The notes beneath the pieces are model-generated. The model ran no database searches, was not told the DNA's origin, and saw only the letters and a list, made by a program, of their open reading frames with translations. From Candidatus Acidiferrum sp. (lineage in GTDB: Bacteria; Acidobacteriota; Terriglobia; Acidiferrales; UBA7541), in contig JBEKWY010000007.1 of assembly GCA_049512575.1 (NCBI GenBank), positions 1,570 through 65,569 on the forward strand: a DNA stretch of 64,000 nt. The letters are read 5' to 3'. Below, piece after piece: positions 56,382-64,000 of this stretch; the stretch's first letter is position 1, and every line of letters begins with the position of its first letter. The translations under genes were made by a program, and so were the position numbers.

Positions 56382-57263
56382 TTAGGCGTCGATCGTGCCT
56401 TCGAAGACTTTCACGGCGGCGCCGCTGACGCGCGGCACTAATTTCTTTCCACTCTTTGTCACTTCCACCTCGATGTGACTCGGGCGACCCATTTCCTCAC
56501 CTTGCAGGATGCTTAGGGTGTGGCCTGCGGAGAGTTTGCCATGGCGCACGAGGTAAGCGCCGAGCGAGCCTGCGGCGGATCCCGTTGCAGCATCTTCGTA
56601 TTGTTCCCACGGGAGCATGCCGCGCGAAAAGATTTTGCCGTTGACGCCGGAGGTGAAGCAGTAGGCCATTGCGCCATTGTTCCCGAGCAGTTTGCGCAGG
56701 TCGATCATGTTCATGGAGATTTTTGCGAGGGCCGCGCGATTGCGCAGAGGCAACATCAGGTTAGAAATGCCTGTGGAGACGAATTCGGGTTCGAGTTGCG
56801 GATCGAGATCTTTCGCGGCCAGGCCGAGAGCGGCGGCGAGAGCTTTCTTGTTGATTTTCGCGGGACGGAATGTAGCTACCTTCTGGGTCATGGTCACGCG
56901 TTGCGGGCGGCCTTCCTTGAAGCGAATCTCGACGGGCAAAACGCCTGCGCCGGTCTGCTGCAAAATGTGGACACCGCCTTCCTGCGCGGGAACGACGCCG
57001 AGTTCGGCGAGAAGGAACCACGTGCCAATGACCGGATGGCCGGCGAGCTTTAATTCTTCGCGGGTGGTAAAAATTCGCAGACGAGCTAGCGCGTTGTCTT
57101 CGGTGGGTTTTTGCACGAAGACGGTTTCGGAAAGATTCATCTCGCGCGCGATGGCGAGCATGGCGTCGTCAGTGAGGCCGTCGCCATCGGTGATGACCGC
57201 GAGTGGGTTGCCTTCGAAGCGAGTGGTGGTGAAAACATCGAGCGTGTAGAAGCGGCGTTCCAT
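56382..57263 (-). CDS. PhzF family isomerase/epimerase
   Basis: DVFT..RFEGNPLAV, EMNLSETVF, RIFT..EL..AGHP, EDAATGSA, QGEEMGRPS. Confidence 0.92.
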   Translation of the reverse strand: MERRFYTLDVFTTTRFEGNPLAVITDGDGLTDDAMLAIAREMNLSETVFVQKPTEDNALARLRIFTTREELKLAGHPVIGTWFLLAELGVVPAQEGGVHILQQTGAGVLPVEIRFKEGRPQRVTMTQKVATFRPAKINKKALAAALGLAAKDLDPQLEPEFVSTGISNLMLPLRNRAALAKISMNMIDLRKLLGNNGAMAYCFTSGVNGKIFSRGMLPWEQYEDAATGSAAGSLGAYLVRHGKLSAGHTLSILQGEEMGRPSHIEVEVTKSGKKLVPRVSGAAVKVFEGTIDA

Positions 57264-57299
57264 AAGAGGTCGATTGTCACTGCTGAGCAGGATGGGGCG

Positions 57300-57659
57300 T
57301 CAGATGCGCTCGAGCTTGGCGACGGTCCTTTCGTTACTGATATTACCTGTATTCAGGGTGGATTTGGGCTCGATCAGGATGAGGTGAACTTCCTCGTCCG
57401 CTACCGGACAGTGTTCGACGCCCTTTGGCACGATCACGAATTCGCCCGGGCGGATTATGGCTTCGCGATCGCGAAATTTCATACGCAGCGTTCCTTTCAC
57501 GACCAGGAACAGTTCATCTTCGTTGTCGTGGTGGTGGAAGACGAACTCGCCCTTCAGCTTCACGGCTTTGACGTGGGTGTCGTTCAAGTCGCCGATGACG
57601 CGGGGATGGAAATAGTCGGAGAACTGGCTGAACTTGTCGTTGAGATTTACGGTTTCCAT
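57300..57659 (-). CDS. Cupin domain protein
   Basis: KLKGEFVFHHHDNEDELFLV, GEFVIVPKGVEHCP. Confidence 0.92.
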   Translation of the reverse strand: METVNLNDKFSQFSDYFHPRVIGDLNDTHVKAVKLKGEFVFHHHDNEDELFLVVKGTLRMKFRDREAIIRPGEFVIVPKGVEHCPVADEEVHLILIEPKSTLNTGNISNERTVAKLERI

Positions 57660-57694
57660 GTGGGCGTCTCCATGTGAGCGGAAGCTTACCTATG

Positions 57695-59104
57695 CTACAG
57701 GCTGCGCACGGCTTCGGTAACGGCGCCTAGAACACGGCGCGTGGTTTCGGGTTTGTTGGTTTCGGAGTAGACGCGGAGCAAATTCTCCGTGCCCGATGCG
57801 CGGACCATGACCCAGCCCGCTTTGCCCAGGTACAACTTGATTCCGTCCATGTCCTCGCGGCCTGCGACGGGCCATTCAAGCAGCTTTTGCATTTTCGCGT
57901 TGGAGAAATGCTCGAGAGCTTTTTCTTTCTGACCGGGCTTCAGATCCAGATCGACGCGACCGTAGTGGTATTCGCCGAATTCCGCGTGCAGCGCGCCTAA
58001 TAATTCGCCGAGTGATTTCCCGTGCCACGCCATGAGTTCCGCGAGCAGTAAGGCGGAAACCGTCGCGTCTCGCTCGGGAAGATACAAGCTTGTGCCGATG
58101 CCACCGCTTTCTTCACCGCCGATCAGGATATTTTGCTCCAACATCAGTTCACAGATGTATTTGAAGCCGATTGGGACTTCGCGCAGGGTGCGGCCGAACT
58201 TGGCGGCCAATTTGTCGATTAATTTAGTTACCGAAAAGGTTTTGGCGATGTCGCCGGGCAGATTGCGCGTTCCGACGAGATGCCAGACGAGCAGCGCGAA
58301 AATCTGGTGCGGATTGACGAAGGAACCGTCGCGATCGATGGCGCCGATGCGGTCGCCGTCGCCGTCGGCGCAAAAGCCGGCGTCGTATTTCCCGGCACGG
58401 ACCGCTTTGCGCAGCGGGTCGATGTGCGGGTCGATAGGTTCTGGATGCGCGCCGCCGAAAAGCGGGTCGCGCGTGCCACGAATTTCGTCGCAGGAGATGC
58501 CGTTGCGCTTGAAGAGATCGGGGAGGAGTCCCGCCGCAGAACCGTGCATGGCATCGGAGACGAAGCGAAACTTCGCAGCGCGCAGGCGATCCCAATCGAC
58601 GAGCTTCTCGATGGTATCGAGGTAGGGAGAGCGCGGCTCCAGCGATTGAATCAAATCTTTGCGCGGGGGCAACGGCGGCACGCCGTCCCGTTGGACATTG
58701 TCGAGTTCGCTTTCGATTTGGGCGACGATGGAGGGTAGCGCACTGCTGCCGTAGCTAGCTTTGTACTTGATGCCGTTCCAGCGGTAGGGATTGTGGCTGG
58801 CGGTGATGACGAGACCACCGGCCGCTTTTCGCTGACGAACGAGGAGCGAGATCGCGGGCGTTGGGCAGGGCTTGTCGGTCAACCACACCGGCGTTCCCGT
58901 CGCACTGATGGTCTCGGCGACGGCGGCGGCGATATGGTCGGCGGCAAACCTGTGATCGTAGCCGATCAGCACGCCTTTGCGGGCGTCTTCTCCGCGGACC
59001 ACATAGCGCGCAATGGCGTGCGCGACGATGCGGGCATTCGCGAAGGTGAAATCTTCGGCGATGATGCCGCGCCAGCCATCCGTTCCAAAGCGAATGGAAG
59101 TCAT
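57695..59104 (-). CDS. Phosphoglucomutase/phosphomannomutase
   Basis: FGTDGWRG, TASHNP, DGDGDR, GGEESGG, RASGTE. Start reset to ATG 59104. Confidence 0.95.
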   Translation of the reverse strand: MTSIRFGTDGWRGIIAEDFTFANARIVAHAIARYVVRGEDARKGVLIGYDHRFAADHIAAAVAETISATGTPVWLTDKPCPTPAISLLVRQRKAAGGLVITASHNPYRWNGIKYKASYGSSALPSIVAQIESELDNVQRDGVPPLPPRKDLIQSLEPRSPYLDTIEKLVDWDRLRAAKFRFVSDAMHGSAAGLLPDLFKRNGISCDEIRGTRDPLFGGAHPEPIDPHIDPLRKAVRAGKYDAGFCADGDGDRIGAIDRDGSFVNPHQIFALLVWHLVGTRNLPGDIAKTFSVTKLIDKLAAKFGRTLREVPIGFKYICELMLEQNILIGGEESGGIGTSLYLPERDATVSALLLAELMAWHGKSLGELLGALHAEFGEYHYGRVDLDLKPGQKEKALEHFSNAKMQKLLEWPVAGREDMDGIKLYLGKAGWVMVRASGTENLLRVYSETNKPETTRRVLGAVTEAVRSL

Positions 59105-59159
59105 AAGAGGTTGAGTATACGCGACGCGATATGGCAGCTGACAGGCCGGATTGGCCTGT

Positions 59160-60272
59160 TTACAGTAAATTTTTTCGCTGCAGTTCTTCGAGTTTTTTGA
59201 CGATCTTGCCGACATCCTGGGCGCGTTCGCGCGGGCAAATCAGCAAGGCGTCCGGAGTCTCGACGACCACCAGGTCGTGGATACCGATGGCCGCGATGAA
59301 TTTACTGGGACTCCACAAAAAGTTCCCCTCAGCATCGATGGCGTGACCCTCACCAGCGAAAATGTTTTCGCCCGGCTTTTTGGCGAGGAGTTCGTACACC
59401 GCGGTCCAGGAGCCGATATCGCTCCAGCCCACTTCGGCGGGAAACACGAAGACGCGGGGCTGGCCTTGCTCGCGCGTGGCCGGCTCGAGGATCGCGTAGT
59501 CGACAGAAATGTTCTCGAGCGTCGGATAGATCTCGCGTAGATGCTTTTCGTAGTTGCGCTTACCGATGGTTGTGGCGAGAGACTCCAAAGCTGCGGACGT
59601 CTTCGGCAAATAGTGCTTCAGGTTGTCCAGAAACGTCGAGACGCGCCAGAAAAACATGCCGGCGTTCCAATGATAATCACCGGACCCGGCGTATTCCTTC
59701 GCCAGCGAGAGCGCGGGTTTCTCGGTGAACCGCCGCACCGCAAAAACGGGAAAGCCTTTGGAATCGAGCGCATTTCCCGTGCGCTCGATATATCCGAAGC
59801 CCGTGTCAGGGCGAGTAGGTGGAATCCCGAGCACGACCATGCGGCCGGGAGCGTGCGCCATATCGAGCGCCGCGCGCACGATCACGCGATAGCGTTCCGG
59901 GTTCGCGATGTAGTGGTCGGCGGGCAGCACAGCCAGCAGCACATCGCCGCGTGCGGCGTGGCGCACGTGAAGCGCCGCCAGCGCGATTGCCGCCGCGGTG
60001 TTGCGCCCGACGGGTTCGGTCAGCACACGCCGCCGAGCGGGGGCGGGCACTTGTTTGCGCACTTGCTGGGCTTGCGCGCTATTGGTCACCGTCCAAATGC
60101 GCTCCGGAGGAATGATCGGCCGCAAGCGCGCGACGGTCTGCTCCAGCATGGTTTCTTTTCCGACGATGTTCAGCAGTTGTTTAGGCGTGCGCGTGCGGCT
60201 GCGCGGCCAAAAGCGAGTGCCGCGCCCTCCGGCCAGGATCACGGCGTGCGTTGTCAGTTTATCCGCGGCCAT
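59160..60272 (-). CDS. manC: Mannose-1-phosphate guanylyltransferase
   Basis: VILAGGRGTRFWPRSR..PKQLL, EPVGRNTA, PADHYI, GFGYIE, FTEKP, WNAGMF, GWSDIGSW. Start reset to ATG 60272. Confidence 0.93.
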   Translation of the reverse strand: MAADKLTTHAVILAGGRGTRFWPRSRTRTPKQLLNIVGKETMLEQTVARLRPIIPPERIWTVTNSAQAQQVRKQVPAPARRRVLTEPVGRNTAAAIALAALHVRHAARGDVLLAVLPADHYIANPERYRVIVRAALDMAHAPGRMVVLGIPPTRPDTGFGYIERTGNALDSKGFPVFAVRRFTEKPALSLAKEYAGSGDYHWNAGMFFWRVSTFLDNLKHYLPKTSAALESLATTIGKRNYEKHLREIYPTLENISVDYAILEPATREQGQPRVFVFPAEVGWSDIGSWTAVYELLAKKPGENIFAGEGHAIDAEGNFLWSPSKFIAAIGIHDLVVVETPDALLICPRERAQDVGKIVKKLEELQRKNLL

Positions 60273-60283
60273 TGGAGTCCATC

Positions 60284-61330
60284 TCAATCGAAAATCGTAT
60301 GGTTCACCGCCACGCCCTTCTTTGCGTTCAGCAACTCCTCGCGCAGAGCAGGAAGTTGAGGAACGTAAGTGCGGATTAGCACCGTCGGCTCTATAGGTAC
60401 GAAATGGCACTCCCGAAGGTTCGCCGGTAGAAACCAGCATTCACCCTGTTCGATCGGAAACCCAAAGTCGTGTGACCTCAGAACTCCCCTACCGGTAAGC
60501 ACGACGACAAGATCGAAATGCTCCGAGCCAACAGGAATCGCCGACGGAGACGAAAGCTTCCATCGTTCCGTTGCGAAATAGCGGCAGGCGGCCAGCAAGG
60601 AGCGTTCAGCATCTTTCGCAGGCAGCGGCAGCCTGGCCGTTTTCCCGGCGAGAGTCGAACCGAAGTTCGTTGCCTGCAGGGCTTTTTCGATGTGCAGTTC
60701 ACGAGGCTGGCCCTGAGCGTCGAGGCGGCAATAGTCGTAGACGCGATACGTCAGATCGGAGTATTCCTGCACTTCACATACGACCATGCCGGGACCGATG
60801 GCGTGCGGAGTTCCCGCGGGAACAAAGATAGTGTCGCCGGCCCGCACGAGAACAATCTCAAAAAGTGATTCCAGCGTCTGATCCTGTAGTCCGGCAAGGA
60901 ATGCCTTTTTGTCCGCGCCGGGTTTCAAGCCCAGCAGTATCCGGGCATCGGAATCGGCCGAAACGATGTGCCACATTTCGGTTTTTCCACGTCCGCCGGC
61001 GGCGCGCTCATGAACCGAAGCGTAGGCGTCGTCGGGATGCACCTGGAGCGAAAGCATTTCCTTTGGGAAAATGAACTTCACCAAGAGAGGAAAATCATCC
61101 CCTGCGCCGAATTCTGTGCCGCGCCATTCGGCGGGCATCTCGCGCCAAGCTTCGCGCAGCGTCTTGCCGCGAAACTCGGGAGTAGCGATCTTGCAGTCGA
61201 GACCCGTCAGCCAAGCCTCGCCGAGAGGTTCCGCTAGATCCGATTTTTCGGGATAGAGCGGGGCAAGCGAGCGAGCGCCCCAGATGCGCGGACTGAATAT
61301 CGGCTCGATGCGTTGCGGCGCGGGTTTCAC
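60284..61330 (-). CDS. manA: Type I phosphomannose isomerase
   Basis: PRIWG, GEAW, FPLLVKFI, LSLQVHPDD, GKTEMW, VPAGTPHAIG, EVQEYSDLTYRVYDY. Confidence 0.9.
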   Translation of the reverse strand: MKPAPQRIEPIFSPRIWGARSLAPLYPEKSDLAEPLGEAWLTGLDCKIATPEFRGKTLREAWREMPAEWRGTEFGAGDDFPLLVKFIFPKEMLSLQVHPDDAYASVHERAAGGRGKTEMWHIVSADSDARILLGLKPGADKKAFLAGLQDQTLESLFEIVLVRAGDTIFVPAGTPHAIGPGMVVCEVQEYSDLTYRVYDYCRLDAQGQPRELHIEKALQATNFGSTLAGKTARLPLPAKDAERSLLAACRYFATERWKLSSPSAIPVGSEHFDLVVVLTGRGVLRSHDFGFPIEQGECWFLPANLRECHFVPIEPTVLIRTYVPQLPALREELLNAKKGVAVNHTIFD

Positions 61331-61333
61331 GAA

Positions 61334-62536
61334 TCAGGCCGCGGCTTCGGCTCGGGAGAAGAAGCGGTCCAGGCGGCGCAGACCTTCGTCGATGCGCTCG
61401 ATGGAGGTGGCGTAAGAAAGCCGCAAGTATCCCGGTGCGCCAAAGGCGTCGCCTGGCACCACAGCCACGCGCGCTTGATCGAGAAGCATCCTGGCGAGTT
61501 CGCCGGTGTCCTTCGCGAGCGCCTGGCCGCTGTTGCCGTTGGCCAAATGCGCGGCAACGTTGGGGAACGCGTAGAACGCGCCGCCAGGCCATTCGCAGGT
61601 CACCCCGGGAATGGCGCGCAAGCCTTCAACGATGCGCTTCCGGCGCTTCGCGTATTCCGCCAGCATCACGGGAACGGTGTCCATCGGGCCGCGCATCGCC
61701 TCGAGTGCGGCGTGCTGCGCGATCGATGTGGGGTTCGACGTGGATTGGCTTTGCAATTTCACCGTGGCCTGCACCAACGCCTCCGGCGCAAGCGTGTAGC
61801 CGATGCGCCAGCCGGTCATCGCGAACGTCTTCGACATGGACCCGATGATGACGACGTGCGCTTTGGAGCCCGCGTGGCTCGCGATGGAAAAGGGCTTGTG
61901 CGGATCGTAGGTGAAGTGCGAATAGCATTCGTCGCCCATCAGCCACACATTGTGCTTCTTGCAGGCTGCAAGGATGCGTTCGTATTCATCTGGTGGAATT
62001 ACGCCGCCGGTGGGATTGTTCGGTGAGCTCAGAATAACCAGGCGGGTCCTAGGTGTGATGGCTTTTTCGATCACCGCGGCGGTCACGCTGAATTCATCTT
62101 CCGGCCGGCTCTCCACATAAACCGGAGTTCCGCCCGCATATTTCACGATGTCCGGGTAGCTGACCCAGTACGGCGCTGGAATGATGACCTCGTCGCCTTG
62201 CTGTACCAGCACGCTCACGACGTTGAAGATGGAGTGCTTGCCGCCGACGTTGACCACGCATTCCTTCGGCTCGTAGTGGGACCCGAGTTCGCGTTTATGC
62301 CACTCGCAGATCGCTTCGCGCAATGGCATGATGCCGCCGGTCGCCGTGTACTTGGTATAGTTCTGCTCGATCGCGCGGATGGCCGCTTTCTTGATGTGAT
62401 CCGGCGTGGGAAAGTCGGGCTCGCCGGGCCCAAAGTCGGCGATATCGACGCCGCGAGCCTTGAGTTTTTCCGCTTCGGCGATGACCGCGGATGTCGGCGA
62501 GATTTGTATGCGGTTGATGCGTTCGGTGAGATGCAC
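61334..62536 (-). CDS. PLP-dependent aminotransferase class I (aspartate aminotransferase-like)
   Basis: GEPDFPTP, SPNNPTG, DECY, SMSKTFAMTGWRIG, GAFY, RLSYA. Confidence 0.95.
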   Translation of the reverse strand: MHLTERINRIQISPTSAVIAEAEKLKARGVDIADFGPGEPDFPTPDHIKKAAIRAIEQNYTKYTATGGIMPLREAICEWHKRELGSHYEPKECVVNVGGKHSIFNVVSVLVQQGDEVIIPAPYWVSYPDIVKYAGGTPVYVESRPEDEFSVTAAVIEKAITPRTRLVILSSPNNPTGGVIPPDEYERILAACKKHNVWLMGDECYSHFTYDPHKPFSIASHAGSKAHVVIIGSMSKTFAMTGWRIGYTLAPEALVQATVKLQSQSTSNPTSIAQHAALEAMRGPMDTVPVMLAEYAKRRKRIVEGLRAIPGVTCEWPGGAFYAFPNVAAHLANGNSGQALAKDTGELARMLLDQARVAVVPGDAFGAPGYLRLSYATSIERIDEGLRRLDRFFSRAEAAA

Positions 62537-62593
62537 GCTCTGTCTCCTCTATGGTTCTTCGCTGGCAGCTTTACCGCTTACGTGACCCGATAC

Positions 62594-63085
62594 TCACGAA
62601 TCCTTCGCGTTTTTCGCACGCAATCTTTCTTCGACGATCGGGGGCACCAGTCCATCCAGGGGCCCGCCGAGTTGGGCGATTTCGCGCACAAGTTTCGAGC
62701 TCAAGTAGCTATACGGCTGGCCCGGCAGCATGAACACGGTTTCCAATCGGGGCTCAAGCTTCCGGTTCATCAGCGCCATCTGCAATTCGTACTCGTAGTC
62801 GGACACCGCGCGGATTCCGCGCAGGATCACTCCGGCGCCACGTTTTCGCGCGTATTCGACCAGCAGGCCGTCGAAAACGTCCACTTCCACTCCGGGCCAC
62901 CGCTGGGTCACTTCGCGCAGCATTTCCACCCGCTCGGGCACGGTGAACAGCGGCTGCTTTTCGGCGTTGCGTAGCACCGCCACGATCACCAAATCGAACA
63001 TCTTCTCGCCCCGTTCGATCAGGTCGAGATGACCGTTGGTGACCGGATCAAACGAGCCGGGATAGATGGCGATGGATGTTTTCAT
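62594..63085 (-). CDS. coaD: Pantetheine-phosphate adenylyltransferase
   Basis: AIYPGSFDPVTNGHLDLIER, RGIRAVSDYEYE, MNRKL, SSKLVREIA. Confidence 0.98.
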   Translation of the reverse strand: MKTSIAIYPGSFDPVTNGHLDLIERGEKMFDLVIVAVLRNAEKQPLFTVPERVEMLREVTQRWPGVEVDVFDGLLVEYARKRGAGVILRGIRAVSDYEYELQMALMNRKLEPRLETVFMLPGQPYSYLSSKLVREIAQLGGPLDGLVPPIVEERLRAKNAKDS

Positions 63086-63272
63086 CGTGACCGCATGCTA
63101 GCGATATTCTAACCTAGCCCGTGGCGCTGGCCAGCCGCAAACTTTCGGGCAGCTACGGCCATTTCGGCCCAGTCTGGAAAATGGGTTTTCTGCTGACAGC
63201 CGACTGTGCGAGTATGCGTAGCGCTATTGAAACGAATTAGTGGCGGGTTTTCCGCGTGGGGGCACAGGCATA

Positions 63273-64000
63273 ATGATGCACAACGGCTGGATGCGGGGAG
63301 TGATCATGATCGGAATGCTCGTGCTTGCGGGATTGGTACAGGCCTTGCCGACAAGAGCGCAAACGCAGCCGCAGCTGAACCTCATGCCCTGGCCGTCCAG
63401 CGTGGAGGCGGGCACGGGCGGTCTGCGCATCGACGCCACATTCTCCGTGGCGCAAACCGGACACACCGATCCCCACCTGGAGCGTGCCGTCCAACGGTTC
63501 CTGCGACAGCTTTCTCGCCAGACCGGAATACCGTCGTTTGCGAAGCCGGTCGCCTCCGGCAAGGGTACGCTGACAATCCACACGGATCATGAGAGCAAAG
63601 AGATCCAGGAACTGGGCGAGGACGAGAGTTACGTGCTCGAAGTGACGCCGGAAGGCGCGAAGTTGAGCGCGCCGACGACCCTGGGGACCTTGCATGGCCT
63701 GCAGACATTCCTGCAACTTGTTGGAGTCAGCTCGGACGGATTCGCTGCGCCCGCGGTCACCATTCGAGACACGCCGCGATTTCCTTGGCGCGGCCTGATG
63801 ATCGATGTAAGCCGGCATTTCGTTCCGCTCGACGTTTTGAAGCGCAACATCGACGGCATGGAAGCCGTGAAGATGAACGTCTTCCACTGGCATTTGTCGG
63901 AAAATCAGGGCTTCCGCATTGAAAGCAAGAAATTTCCGAAGCTGCATGAAATGGGCTCGGATCGGATGTTTTACACGCAAGATGAGGCGCGCGACCTGAT
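63273..64000 (+). CDS. GH20 beta-N-acetylhexosaminidase, 3'-truncated by window edge (absent from ORF track)
   Basis: Own translation: signal peptide, LMPWP, DESYVLEV, GTLHGLQTFLQL, IRDTPRFPWRGLMIDVSRHF, KMNVFHWHLSENQGF. Confidence 0.93.
   Translation, partial: MMHNGWMRGVIMIGMLVLAGLVQALPTRAQTQPQLNLMPWPSSVEAGTGGLRIDATFSVAQTGHTDPHLERAVQRFLRQLSRQTGIPSFAKPVASGKGTLTIHTDHESKEIQELGEDESYVLEVTPEGAKLSAPTTLGTLHGLQTFLQLVGVSSDGFAAPAVTIRDTPRFPWRGLMIDVSRHFVPLDVLKRNIDGMEAVKMNVFHWHLSENQGFRIESKKFPKLHEMGSDRMFYTQDEARDL

Overview
GC-rich (roughly 60%) bacterial chromosome segment, most likely from an Acidobacteriota member. The lineage call is an inference from three tandem ADOP-type permeases and the gene repertoire. 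The window is mostly housekeeping: fabZ-lpxA-lpxI, miaA-hflX, pgsA, a fused aroD/aroE, trpE-trpG, trpD, sucCD, ndk, xseA, lepA, thiolase-hbd-crt, ribH-nusB, GDP-mannose genes, an aminotransferase and coaD. It also carries four peptidases, a radical SAM enzyme, an ABC module, a hybrid histidine kinase and a TPR-GAF-degenerate GGDEF protein. I found no rRNA, complete tRNA, CRISPR array, transposase or integrase. The unexplained structure is intergenic. (1) A four-helix-bundle gene between sucD and ndk is bracketed by inverted arrays of a GAAGTAAT octamer, and two gene-less arrays of the same octamer occur 10-12 kb away. (2) A near-consensus sigma70 promoter points into two triplets of ~40-bp periodic units, one interrupted by a 21-nt mini-element that recurs 300 bp downstream. 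(3) Several REP-like hairpin families are dispersed through the window. (4) A RelE-type toxin is frameshifted, and its intact antitoxin has its RBS inside a perfect stem. (5) Strong G/C skew blocks occur independently of gene orientation. Start codons were adjusted by eye where the ORF track over-extends.
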